This document shows positions 38,511-48,700 of a stretch of 64,000 bases of DNA, piece by piece (position 1 is the stretch's first letter; each line of letters opens with the position of its first letter). The translations under genes and the position numbers were made by a program. The notes beneath the pieces were generated by a model. The model was given only the letters and a program-made list of their open reading frames with translations, did not search any database and was not told the DNA's origin. The DNA lies in assembly GCA_002717145.1 (NCBI GenBank), contig PBCP01000084.1, forward strand, positions 21,604-85,603, written 5' to 3'. The DNA comes from Planctomycetaceae bacterium. Lineage in GTDB: Bacteria; Planctomycetota; Planctomycetia; Pirellulales; Pirellulaceae.

Positions 38511-39887
38511 ATGAACCAACGTCGATTACCGAGTTTTTGTATCCGTATAGTTTTCGTTTTATGCCTAATTGGTTCAGTGGGCAAGGGTGATGATAGCCGA
38601 CCTAACATCGTTTTGATCATGTGTGACGACATGGGTTTTGAAGGTGTCAGCATCTACGGTTCCAAATCTTACGAAACGCCTAATCTTGATTCGCTTGCAA
38701 GGCGAGGGATGTATTTCGCCCATGCGTACTCCACCCCAATTTGTACACCTTCGAGAGTGCAAATCATGACCGGGAAATACAATTTTCGCAATTATGTGAA
38801 ATTCGGGATGCTTGATCCGTCTCAAAAAACGTTTGCCAATTATCTTCGTGATGCAGGCTATCGAACGGGTATTTGTGGAAAGTGGCAATTGGGAGGTGAT
38901 CTCGAAACCGTCCGTGGATTTGGATTTGATTCTCATTGTCTTTGGCACCTCGACGGCAGGGACTCTCGTTACTGGGATCCGAGGATTTCTCAGAACGGCA
39001 GGCTACTAACCGATTTGAACGATTCGTTTGGACCGGATGTGATGACCACGTTTGCCTGCGACTTTATTGACAAGGAAGCTGGCCAGCCGTTCTTACTATA
39101 CTACCCAATGACTCTCCCGCATTGGCCTTTTGTACCGACGCCCGATTCTGAGGATGGCGGGTCTCGTACTCGGAACGGAGAATACGACGGTCGTCCTGGT
39201 GGTGAAGAGTATTTCCCGGATATGGTTAACTATTTAGACAAGCTGGTAGGTCGCATTGTTCGTAAACTTAGAGATACTGGGCAATTAGATAATACCCTGA
39301 TTTTATTCACCTGTGACAACGGGTGCGCGATCAACATCACCTCGGAGTACAAAGGGCGTCAAATAAAGGGCGGAAAGGCATCGCTGCCGGATAATGGAAC
39401 CCATGTCGCCATGATTGCTCATTGGCCAGAGCATATATCACAGGGTATCAATAAGGATCAATTAGTCGACTTCACGGACATCTTGCCAACACTTTGTGAC
39501 ATCGCTGAGGTCCCGTTAGACAATTCTGCGAGTGACGGCTTTTCTTTGCGTCCGGTATTCGTTGACAAAAAAGAATCCGGTCGGAATTGGGTATATTGCC
39601 ACTATATACGTAATGGCTTCCCCAAAAGACCCATGGATGAAGATAAGCGTCAGGTAGCGATTGATAAACAAAACCAGCAAATAGAACAAAAGTTGGCTGG
39701 TACATTTGCACGTACTGCCAGATATAAACTTTATGGGGATGGACGCTTCTATGATGTTCGCAAAGATTGGGACGAAAAAAAGTTGTTGGAAAATCCAACT
39801 AAGAGGCAGAGACAAATAAGGCTTACCCTTCAGAGTGTTCATGAACAGATGCCAGCTTGGCAATATTTTGCAAACCCACAGAACTAA
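38511..39887 (+). CDS. Cys-type sulfatase
   Basis: Signal peptide MNQRRLPSFCIRIVFVLCLIGSVG, then RPNIVLIMCDDMGFEG, PICTPSRVQIMTGKY, GKWQLG and FTCDNG. Confidence 0.9.
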   Translation: MNQRRLPSFCIRIVFVLCLIGSVGKGDDSRPNIVLIMCDDMGFEGVSIYGSKSYETPNLDSLARRGMYFAHAYSTPICTPSRVQIMTGKYNFRNYVKFGMLDPSQKTFANYLRDAGYRTGICGKWQLGGDLETVRGFGFDSHCLWHLDGRDSRYWDPRISQNGRLLTDLNDSFGPDVMTTFACDFIDKEAGQPFLLYYPMTLPHWPFVPTPDSEDGGSRTRNGEYDGRPGGEEYFPDMVNYLDKLVGRIVRKLRDTGQLDNTLILFTCDNGCAINITSEYKGRQIKGGKASLPDNGTHVAMIAHWPEHISQGINKDQLVDFTDILPTLCDIAEVPLDNSASDGFSLRPVFVDKKESGRNWVYCHYIRNGFPKRPMDEDKRQVAIDKQNQQIEQKLAGTFARTARYKLYGDGRFYDVRKDWDEKKLLENPTKRQRQIRLTLQSVHEQMPAWQYFANPQN

Positions 39888-39901
39888 GGATAGATCAGCC
39901 A

Positions 39902-41242
39902 GTGAAAATTGAACGTTGCATAAAATACGTTTTATTTGTCTTTACTACGTTGGTGTTTCTCCAAGAGTCGCTGCGAGCGGCACCCAATGTTGTAATGATC
40001 ATAGCAGACGACCAGACATGGACAGATGCTGGATGTTACGGTAATCAAATCGTAAAGACTCCCAATATCGACTTGCTTGCTAGTGAGGGCCTTAGATTCG
40101 ATCGTGCTTTCACTGCCACCGCTATGTGTGCCCCAACCAGGCAGCAGCTCTATACCGGAATTTTTCCGGTAAGGAACGGTGCTTTCCCAAACCATAGTAA
40201 AGTAAAATCTGGAACTAAAAGCCTGGTGCATTATTATCAGGAGGCGGGCTATTCAGTAGGCCTATGTGGTAAAAGACACTTCGGACCCCCTGAGAGCTTT
40301 CCTTTCGAGACGGTGCCGCCAGCGAAGTTGCAGGCCTTTATTGGTCAGGATTCACCATTTTTCTTGGTTTACGCAAGTAACAGTCCTCATCTGCCTTGGA
40401 ATGAAGGCGATGCAGCGAGCTATGGCCCCCAGTCGTTCAAAATACCGCCTTACATGTACGACAACGCGGAAACGCGGGCGGCACTTCAGAATTATTATGC
40501 TGAGATCACAGACTTTGATCGCGAATTGGGCGAGCTTGACAAAATAATTGCGGATGCCGGAAAAAAACAAGACACAATCTTTCTATACACAAGTGAACAG
40601 GGGGCTCAGTTCCCGTTTGGTAAATGGACATGTTATGAGGTGGGTTTGCATGTTGGATTTGTCATGCGTTGGCCGGGCGTTATTGAAGCCGGTCGGACTA
40701 CAGATGCCATGGTGCAATATGTCGACGTGTTACCCACACTGCTAGAATTATGTGAAATCGATTGCCCAACCGGTCTGGACGGCAGCAGTTTCGCCCAAGT
40801 AGTACTTGGCGAGAAAGAAACTCATAATGACTTGGTCTACGGAGTACACACGACGAGGGGTATTATTAACGGCTCCCAGAGTTACCCGATCCGTTCTATT
40901 AGAGACACTAGATACAAATATATTCGAAATCTGAATCATCAAACGGATTTCAGCAATGTCTTAATCAAAGGCGACGGAAGTAGCTATTGGAAAAGCTGGC
41001 TACGTGACGCCTCTACGGATGATAAAGCGAAGCGTCTCGTCGAGCGTTATATTAAAAGGCCAGCAGTTGAGCTGTATGACTTGCTTCATGATCCCTTCGA
41101 ACAGCATAATCTAGCCGGAAAACCAGGATATCGAAAAATAACTCGTCAACTCGACGGCCATCTCCGAAAATGGATGCATCAGCAGGGAGACTTAGGACAC
41201 GAAACCGAAATGACAGTTAAGCCGCATAGAACCATGCAATAA
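39902..41242 (+). CDS. Cys-type sulfatase
   Basis: APNVVMIIADDQTWTD, AMCAPTRQQLYTGIFP, CGKRHFG and YTSEQG. The ORF-track start at 39857 is a TTG overlapping the previous gene by 31 nt. I prefer GTG 39902, which gives the signal peptide (M)KIERCIKYVLFVFTTLVFLQESLRA and has AAGGA upstream. Confidence 0.85.
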   Translation: MKIERCIKYVLFVFTTLVFLQESLRAAPNVVMIIADDQTWTDAGCYGNQIVKTPNIDLLASEGLRFDRAFTATAMCAPTRQQLYTGIFPVRNGAFPNHSKVKSGTKSLVHYYQEAGYSVGLCGKRHFGPPESFPFETVPPAKLQAFIGQDSPFFLVYASNSPHLPWNEGDAASYGPQSFKIPPYMYDNAETRAALQNYYAEITDFDRELGELDKIIADAGKKQDTIFLYTSEQGAQFPFGKWTCYEVGLHVGFVMRWPGVIEAGRTTDAMVQYVDVLPTLLELCEIDCPTGLDGSSFAQVVLGEKETHNDLVYGVHTTRGIINGSQSYPIRSIRDTRYKYIRNLNHQTDFSNVLIKGDGSSYWKSWLRDASTDDKAKRLVERYIKRPAVELYDLLHDPFEQHNLAGKPGYRKITRQLDGHLRKWMHQQGDLGHETEMTVKPHRTMQ

Positions 41243-41299
41243 TGATTCCTAAGTTATATAACAGAAGAGTTAGCCTGATCCCTAAGCGAAGAATTCAAT

Positions 41300-41812
41300 A
41301 TGGAACACTCAGAGAAAAATCCATTGATAACGTTGCATGATTCACGAGGGCGAATCGTCTTTGCACAGCCGCTAGTATACCACTCAGCAGCGGAAGTTCT
41401 GTTTAGTCAACCTTGGGAGTGGGTCGGTACTGAGGAAGAACAAACGCGTATACGTGATGCATTCCAAAAAGTGTTGTTTGATCGTGAACCTATCACGATA
41501 CGTGCAAAATTCATCTTTCAGGGCGAGCAAACCCTTTATGAGTGTCACGCGGTCCCAGTGGATACCAACGAAGTTACGGTGATGGCGACATCGATTCCCA
41601 TTCTTAATGAAGATGACGACCTGGGCCTCACACCACGAGAAATTGAGTGCCTACGTCAGTTGATTGGCGGGAGTCAAACAACGGAGATTGCGGAATCGAT
41701 GGGTGTTAAGGCAACCACCGTAAACACATACAAACAGCGCTTGAAAGAAAAGATCGGAGTGGATTCGTTGGCTGGCCTGATCGCTTGGGGATGCAAACAT
41801 CTGCGTGGGTAA
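41300..41812 (+). CDS. LuxR-family transcription regulator (sensor-like N-domain + GerE HTH)
   Basis: The C-terminal segment LTPREIECLRQLIGGSQTTEIAESMGVKATTVNTYKQRLKEKIG is a canonical LuxR/GerE helix-turn-helix. The N-terminal roughly 100 aa are PAS-like in length and pattern. There is no receiver domain. Confidence 0.85.
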   Translation: MEHSEKNPLITLHDSRGRIVFAQPLVYHSAAEVLFSQPWEWVGTEEEQTRIRDAFQKVLFDREPITIRAKFIFQGEQTLYECHAVPVDTNEVTVMATSIPILNEDDDLGLTPREIECLRQLIGGSQTTEIAESMGVKATTVNTYKQRLKEKIGVDSLAGLIAWGCKHLRG

Positions 41813-41880
41813 GATTCAATCGTCCCTAGGTCGGCCGACGCGTACTTATTTAGACCAAAAAATAGTCTCGTACAATATTC

Positions 41881-41906
41881 ATCGTCGCTCGTCGCGGACG
41901 ATTTTA
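41881..41906 (+). terminator. Candidate intrinsic terminator after the LuxR gene
   Basis: The arms ATCGTCGC and GC(G)GACGAT form an 8-bp stem with one bulge and a 5-nt loop, followed by TTT. It lies 69 nt after the stop at 41812. The U-tract is weak. Confidence 0.3.
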
Positions 41907-41939
41907 GTCAAGTCACGACAATTAGAGACCAGGCGTGAT

Positions 41940-42851
41940 TTACTCGTGTCGCGAGCCTAGGTAACGAACGGCGTTTTCAACGATCCTGAGGGCAACCGGT
42001 TGTTTGTAAACCGGAAAGGTTTCGTGCCCGGGTCTGAAATAGAATACCTTCCCCTTGCCCAGATTCCATACCATTCCGCTTCGAAACCACTCGCCGGTAG
42101 GCCATCGTTCTTCAAATACCACCTCATCCGGTTCGGGTACGTGGAAGGGTTCGTCATACATTTCCGTACTAGGCAGTTGGAATTTAGTGGGTATGCCTTT
42201 GGCGATTGGATGATCTGGTTTGAGGGTAAACAGGGTGCTAGGTTTACCATCGTTCCTGTAGGCAGGGAAGCAGCAGTTGGGCCAGTGAATAACCAATTCT
42301 GTTTTACCGTCCGGAAACTTTCTGGGGTAGTATCGAGGCGTTATTTGGGCATCACGATCCGGGGCGAAATATCGCCGGGGTGGCTCGACCGTTTTAATTT
42401 CGAGTTGTTCCGACGGAATTTGCTTAAACAGAGCCCTGGCGTTCGACATAGTGCGATCCTTCATCGCTTCGACAAAGGGAGTTGCCCAGTGCGCTGAATG
42501 TAACGCTATGAGGGCAAGTTGTCCTCGCTTAATTCGTTGAACGATGGCTTGGCCCTGATCGGGAGTGACTTCAAATTGTCGAACATGGCCCCACCAGATA
42601 AGTACATCGCATGTATCCAGTACGTTATCCGCAATTCCCTTTTCAGGAGAGGTGAGGTTAACGGATCGGACCGATAAGCCACTCTGCTTCTGGAGATAAT
42701 TGGCAATCTCATTACCAAGAAAGTTTTTGTACGCTTCCTGTTGAGCGGGTTGCTGTTCGTCCCAGACAACCACATTAATCACTTCAGACCCGTAACCCAC
42801 CAAGGATACAAGAAGAAAATACGCAAAGAGCATCGTCTGGAGAGGACGCAT
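41940..42851 (-). CDS. ThuA-like domain protein
   Basis: Signal peptide, then INVVVWDEQQP, DVLIWWGHVRQ and LIALHSAHW, which are typical ThuA (class-I glutamine-amidotransferase-like) blocks. Confidence 0.8.
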   Translation of the reverse strand: MRPLQTMLFAYFLLVSLVGYGSEVINVVVWDEQQPAQQEAYKNFLGNEIANYLQKQSGLSVRSVNLTSPEKGIADNVLDTCDVLIWWGHVRQFEVTPDQGQAIVQRIKRGQLALIALHSAHWATPFVEAMKDRTMSNARALFKQIPSEQLEIKTVEPPRRYFAPDRDAQITPRYYPRKFPDGKTELVIHWPNCCFPAYRNDGKPSTLFTLKPDHPIAKGIPTKFQLPSTEMYDEPFHVPEPDEVVFEERWPTGEWFRSGMVWNLGKGKVFYFRPGHETFPVYKQPVALRIVENAVRYLGSRHE

Positions 42852-42876
42852 GAAATACCTTTCAGAGGAGAATCTG

Positions 42877-44088
42877 TTACTGCGACTTTGGACCCTGGTT
42901 AAACAGGATATGCGTACCCGATTTACCGGCGACAGCTATGTCAATGTGTCCATTACCATCAATATCCGCCGTCCTAATCTGTAAGCCAATGCCAGCGCGA
43001 CCTTGATGTACCAAATGCCTTTTAAAACTGCCAGTTTTGGGGTCAATTTCGAAGTAGACTACTTCGATTGGCTCTTTGGCGCCTGGATCCCCGCCATTAT
43101 GGGCGAAATAACGTTTGCCCGTAATGAGTTCAGGCTTTCCGTCGCCGGTAAGATCGGCTAAATGGAGGGCGTGCAGTTGAGAAGTCTGGTCGTCGATTAG
43201 GTGTTTTTCAAAATGAACCGTCCCGTCCTTGGGGCCCCGGTTTTCCCACCAGTAGAGTCCATGAGCATGGGCTTCGCCTACTAAAACGTCATTCTTACCG
43301 TCGTTGTTGACGTCGAATACCAACATGGGAACCGAGCCATGTATTTGCCAGTCGTTATGATATTTCCAGGTTGTTTTAAGACAGTCCTTGCCGGGATTTT
43401 GATACCAACCGTGTCCCAATAAGAGGTCAGGGTATGTATCACCATCGATATCACCAACGCCTAGACCATGGCCATTGCCCCGCATACCAACGAGATTCTT
43501 TCGCAGGGCAGGCTGCGACTGTTGAACCAGCTTTTTCTGACCGCCCTCCATGACTTGGACTGTCTTTTCGACAGTGATCATCTCATAGATGTAGATCGGG
43601 GCATCCTTAGCCCAGGTATTCACAATCCATTCGGGTTTTCCGTCACCATTTAAATCTTGTAGGAGTTGCCCTTCGTTTTGTGACTCTTCGGTATCTAATA
43701 GTAGGTGTTGTTCCCACTGATGCCCAAGTCGTAATCCTTCTGGACCGGGATTCTTATACCAATTGACTTGCGTGGCGAAGAAGCCGCCGGCAATAACATC
43801 CATGACCCCATCGGCATCAACGTCATAGGCAAAGTCGCCATTACTTTCAACATATCCACGTACATCTTCAAAATTGCGTAGCGGACGTGGGCGGAAATCT
43901 GGATTTTGATACCAAAATCGACCGGCAACCACGTCGAGCTTACCGTCTCCATTGAAGTCAGCAACGTCGATACCTTCGTTGGCGTCGACTGCCAGCGGCA
44001 TTAGCTTCCACGTCAGTATAGGTTCAGCAGAGTATGCAATGTTAACAAAGAATGTGCATATGAAAGAGAAGCAGAATTTATAGAGCAT
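42877..44088 (-). CDS. FG-GAP/VCBS repeat protein
   Basis: Repeated Ca-binding loops: DVADFNGDGKLDVVAG, DVDADGVMDVIAG, DLNGDGKPEW, DIDGDTYPDLLLG, DVNNDGKNDVLVG, DLTGDGKPELITG and DIDGNGHIDIAVAG. Confidence 0.85.
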   Translation of the reverse strand: MLYKFCFSFICTFFVNIAYSAEPILTWKLMPLAVDANEGIDVADFNGDGKLDVVAGRFWYQNPDFRPRPLRNFEDVRGYVESNGDFAYDVDADGVMDVIAGGFFATQVNWYKNPGPEGLRLGHQWEQHLLLDTEESQNEGQLLQDLNGDGKPEWIVNTWAKDAPIYIYEMITVEKTVQVMEGGQKKLVQQSQPALRKNLVGMRGNGHGLGVGDIDGDTYPDLLLGHGWYQNPGKDCLKTTWKYHNDWQIHGSVPMLVFDVNNDGKNDVLVGEAHAHGLYWWENRGPKDGTVHFEKHLIDDQTSQLHALHLADLTGDGKPELITGKRYFAHNGGDPGAKEPIEVVYFEIDPKTGSFKRHLVHQGRAGIGLQIRTADIDGNGHIDIAVAGKSGTHILFNQGPKSQ

Positions 44089-44106
44089 GAATGACTCCGT
44101 TAAGGA

Positions 44107-45378
44107 TTACTTGTTTAGGCAGAACCCGGCTTTAATGATACCATTTTGTATGACGGCATAGAAATTAGTAGGGTCTTCGAGAAGCGTGATGTCCTCAAAT
44201 GGATTTCCATTAACCACTAAAATGTCGGCAAGTTTATCGATTTCCAGGGTGCCTACAATGTCGTCTGACCCCGCGATCTCAGCGCCAGTTTTGGTGGCAC
44301 ACATCAATGTTTGCTCTGGCGTAAAGCCGACGTAGTTTACAAAGAAGGAGAGTTCTTTTGCATAGTCACCATGGGGATTCCAAGCAAATCCGTAATCACC
44401 TCCGAGGCCAATCCTTCCCCCTTCTTTGAGAATTCGCCGAGCGCTTTCGGTGCCGCCATCGAGGGTCTCCTGATGGCCATCGATAACACTTTGTGGCATG
44501 TTGAAAGCGGGGCCATTTTCGATGCTTGCCAGTTCAAAATAAAGGGCCGGTACAACTGGGACGTCTCGCTCCAACAGCAAATCCATGGTTTCGTCATCCA
44601 TGAATGTTCCATGTTCTAGACAATCATAACCAGCCAGAAGTGCATTTTTAATTCCTTCAGTTGCTCTGCAATGACCTGTGACCTTTAAATGATGATTGTG
44701 GGCAGTTTGCACTACGGCATGCATTTCTTCAAACGTCATACAAAGTGTATGGTGGTCATTTACGTCCGGAGCCGCTGCGTCCCCTGTTGGGTAAGTCTTG
44801 ACCCATTCAACACCATCTTTGACTAATTTTCTTACGGCGGAGCGGGCCTCGTCTGGGCCATTGATTAAAAGCACCAAACCTTCCATGCCAATTTTGCGGA
44901 AGTCCGGGTTCCAATCCATCAACCCTCCGACGCCGCAAATTTCCCGCCCGTTTGCGGCTAATCGTGGGCCAACTACGACGTCTTCAGCGATCGCTTTCTT
45001 CAACCAGACGTCTATATTGAATAGACTGCCGCCACTACGTGCCGATGTATAACCGCACTCGAGGGCAAGTTTCGCATTGGCGGCTGCCAGAAGCGTGACG
45101 TATTCGACGGGATATTTGATATCTAAGTCGGCTAACTCGGCAACGTTGAAATAGGTCGGATGAAAATGTGCTTCTACGAGGCCAGGGATGACCGTAAGTT
45201 CACTTCCGTCGATGACGTGGGTGGTTGTGCTATCGTACGCAGGTTGGCTAGCACTGTCACCGACGTAGGTGATCTTCCCATTTTCATAGTGTATTGATTG
45301 ACCGAGCTGTGCCGGTGCACCCGTGCCATCAAACAGACGGCAATCGTTAATGACTGTTTTACCTTGTCCGGTTTTCAT
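44107..45378 (-). CDS. Amidohydrolase-family metal-dependent hydrolase
   Basis: IPGLVEAHFHP (HxH metal site), VTGHCRA, CLEHGTF and GLGGDYGF, in the order expected for the amidohydrolase TIM barrel. GAGGA lies upstream of the ATG. Confidence 0.85.
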   Translation of the reverse strand: MKTGQGKTVINDCRLFDGTGAPAQLGQSIHYENGKITYVGDSASQPAYDSTTTHVIDGSELTVIPGLVEAHFHPTYFNVAELADLDIKYPVEYVTLLAAANAKLALECGYTSARSGGSLFNIDVWLKKAIAEDVVVGPRLAANGREICGVGGLMDWNPDFRKIGMEGLVLLINGPDEARSAVRKLVKDGVEWVKTYPTGDAAAPDVNDHHTLCMTFEEMHAVVQTAHNHHLKVTGHCRATEGIKNALLAGYDCLEHGTFMDDETMDLLLERDVPVVPALYFELASIENGPAFNMPQSVIDGHQETLDGGTESARRILKEGGRIGLGGDYGFAWNPHGDYAKELSFFVNYVGFTPEQTLMCATKTGAEIAGSDDIVGTLEIDKLADILVVNGNPFEDITLLEDPTNFYAVIQNGIIKAGFCLNK

Positions 45379-45754
45379 AGCAGTATCCTCTCGACTGTTG
45401 TCCTATTGTATCAAAACAAATCGAGTGTTGAGGCGTACCGATTGTAAGTAGTGAACGTGTTTAGAGGAAGAGAGTAAAGACATGCGAAGAAATGGCCTTC
45501 ATCTTCCCGAAATAGCCTGTTGCCGGTACTTACAGGCATTCATATAAAAGCGGAGCATGATGTGTCAAGGAGAACTTTCGAGCCTAATACCTACGCAATA
45601 GATACCAGTTAAGAATAGCGATTCATTTCCACCCGCCGCCCACGCTATGGCTCGCCCGGTTGGCCTGATTGAGTGCGTATGAGGATGCGAACTGTAGCAG
45701 GCCTGCGGCGAGATGACGGCCTTAACGCAGGTGACGGTAAAACGAACGCACTTA

Positions 45755-48700
45755 CTATTTGTCGGTGAGCTCAAGATCTGCATGTACACCAGCGGTTACA
45801 AATAGTAAGCGGGCAGTCACTTGACTCAGCTCAACCTTTAACATTTGGGCGATAGTTTCTCGGTATGCGTTGAGTTGGGGGCGGTAGTGCTCGACTCTAC
45901 CAGAGAGTAAAGTATTACCTTCGCCAAGATTATCCGTCTTGAAGTCGACGATGTCAGCCGCCACTATCTTGCCATGGCTTATCCCAAGTACAATTCGATC
46001 GGCAAAACCACGAATAAGGTTCCCATTAACAATCGCAGTCACCGGTAACTCTACTTTTACCTGCAGATCGGTTACGCCTTGAAATGTGGGTAAATCATTG
46101 TAAAACTGCTTGGTGAGCACTTTCGCGGCATCCGGGAAGGCCGCGAATTGGCTGAGCATATCTTTCAATGAGGAATTCCAACGGATTCGGCGTTGTGTCA
46201 GTTGCTCCAGATAGAAGTCACAATTACTCGCCTCCCACCAGATTATTTCTTCAAATAATTGGTGAACAAGTGATCCGTAATCAAGCGCATTCTGGTCAGG
46301 TATCCGCATAAGTCCGGTAGCCTGAAAATGCTCACCTCCCTCGAGACTCGAAGGCGAGGCAGTGGGTAATGAGCTGACTCCTCCTGAAGATCGATTGAGT
46401 CCCATTGGCATTACCTCCCGGTTGTCCACGAGATCCACACAATTTGGTTGCGTGTCATACCAATTCGCATTCCCCGCCTCAAAGACTGTCGATTGCGGAG
46501 TAGCGTCATAGTTACCCTGAATTGCAAACTGAATTAGCCCCGCTAAAGTGACCGGAGGATCTTTGGGAGGTTTGACTTGACTTGGACCGATTAGGTACAA
46601 CGCGTGAGCTGCTCTAGTCATCGCTACATAGAGAACACACAGTGTTTCTTGAAGTTGCTCGGTGGCCGTAGCCAGAGTGGCATTTTTGAATGGAGATGGA
46701 AGAATTGCTTGGATTTTGGCGTTGCGATACGGGTAGATCCTGGCAGGAAGCTGTGACGAATCGCGCGAGACAACGACACGCGGTGTTCGTTTAAGGTTAG
46801 TTTCGAGTGAGGGCAGGATGACGGCGTCAAATTCCAAACCTTTGGAACTGTGTATGGTCATGACACGCACGGAGGCCGAAGTTTCTTCGGAGAATGCTTC
46901 GGTGTCGATCGATTGAAGGAATTCTGTTAGCCGAACGGGATTGTCAGCTTCAAACGTGTCCGCATGTTGAACAAGTTGCTGCAACCTGAAGCTTTGAGAA
47001 TCCGTCAGGTATGGATCTAGATACCTGCTCAACTCGGCAAGATAGCTGCCGAGCCCAACTTCGAAAAGTCGCTCTCGTTCTGCGAGCCAAACATGCGAAG
47101 ACATACTATCAAGGGAGTCCAAGCCAGGGTGACGTGCACTCAGGGGAGAGTTCTTAATTTGGTAGTAGGCTAGGGTGTCATCGGGAAATTCTAGAAGGTG
47201 AAGCCATTGTTTTATTATTACAACAGGCGAAAACCGGGTTAATACATTGCCACCCTCTTCGCTAGCAATAATTCCCTCGGTCGCAAGTAGCTGTATTAGT
47301 TCCGCGATATGGTCATTCTTTCGGAGGAGCACTCCAATAGAGATGGCTTTTCCTGTATCGAGGAGTGACTGAACACGAGTAACTGTTTCACGTAAACAGG
47401 CCTGTAGTCTTGTTTTAGTGCTAGAGCCGGCATCGGCATTATGATAGGAGACATAACCATCCAACTCAAGCGCCGCATTATGCTCTTCAAAATCTTTAGT
47501 CCACTGCGCCAAAACAGAAGTAAGATCGCCCAGTCTTGGGTGATTCGATAGGTTCATAAAAACGGAGTTGATAAAGTTAAGTACATGCTTGGAAGAACGG
47601 TAGCTTTCTTTCAAACTGTCGGTTTCGATACCACTTACCGTTTCACTTAGAGTCTCAAGGATTTCCCGACGGCCGCCTCGCCATCCATAGATGGCCTGTT
47701 TCGTATCTCCTACACAGAAGAGCGAGCGGCGGGTGCCACCAGGAGATTGAGTAACATCTTTGACTAAATACGAAAGGGCGAGCCATTGTGGTAAAGAAGT
47801 GTCTTGGAATTCATCCAATAGTAGATGATCAATATCAGTTGTAACCCGAGAAAATATACCCGCGGGTAAGTCACTGATCTGGCTGGCAAAGGTAGTAGTA
47901 TCTGTAAACTCAAGCCGATTGGCTTGGCGTTTGAGCTGGTTAAAGGACGACGTAAAACGCTCTAATAGGTCAAAGATTGCTAGGGATTGACTATGAATTT
48001 CGTGGGCATAGTAGTTAGACAAATAATCAAGGATAGGCTGATAGGCGGAGACGAGTGCCTGCGGGATCTCGACTCTCTTATATTTTGGCTCTCGCTCAAT
48101 TATTTTCTTGAGCAGTCCTTTCCCCATCGCCACGTCGTATTGATCTGTTCGAAGTAAATGGAGGTCGTCGAAGATAGCGTTTTGTATTGCATTTGAATCA
48201 AAATGATCTACAAGGGACCCAAGTTGATCAAGGGCCTCGTTAAGGTAACTATCAGGGAGTCGATTAGGTGCTAACGGCTGATCCCAGGATTCGCGCGTAC
48301 TTTGGAGAAATAGTGAACGAAGCTTATCAATGGATTCGTAAACGTTCTCGGTCACACTGCGATTGACGGCACCTTTATTTAACAGCTGGAGAAGCCGAGA
48401 AAGATCTGTATTTTTCCCGTATCGCACAAGGTGTGCTATCGCGAGGTATGTAAGGTTTTTGTATTCGGATGTACTTAGCATTGACCAGCCCGGCGTAAGG
48501 CCGAATTCAAGAGCTAATTTTGACGTCCAAACGGAAAAAAAAGAGTCAAGAGTGCCGATGTTCAGACGGTTTAATTCGGCGAGCATCGTTTGAAAACAGG
48601 ATTCAAAGCTATTGGGGGTGATGCTACTAGGAATGTGGAGATGTTTCTTCAAATCGGCTTCGGCTGACGGGCTAAGGACAGCATCTGCCAAACGCTCGAG

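Noticed and set aside
42000-42497. A 165-aa plus-strand ORF.
   Set aside because: It is entirely antisense to the ThuA-like gene, which has clear family motifs, and it has no motif of its own.
45379-45754. Assignment of the spacer to RNase P RNA, tmRNA, SRP RNA or 6S RNA.
   Set aside because: I could not find the conserved cores: GAGGAAAGUCC-type P4 strands, a tmRNA tag ORF with a tRNA-like end, or the SRP GGAA/AGCA domain IV. It needs an Infernal scan before any claim.
45565-45789. A 74-aa minus-strand ORF overlapping the addA stop.
   Set aside because: It starts inside addA in another frame, has no SD, and has Cys/Ser/Thr-rich composition unlike real proteins here. I kept the region only as an unexplained spacer.
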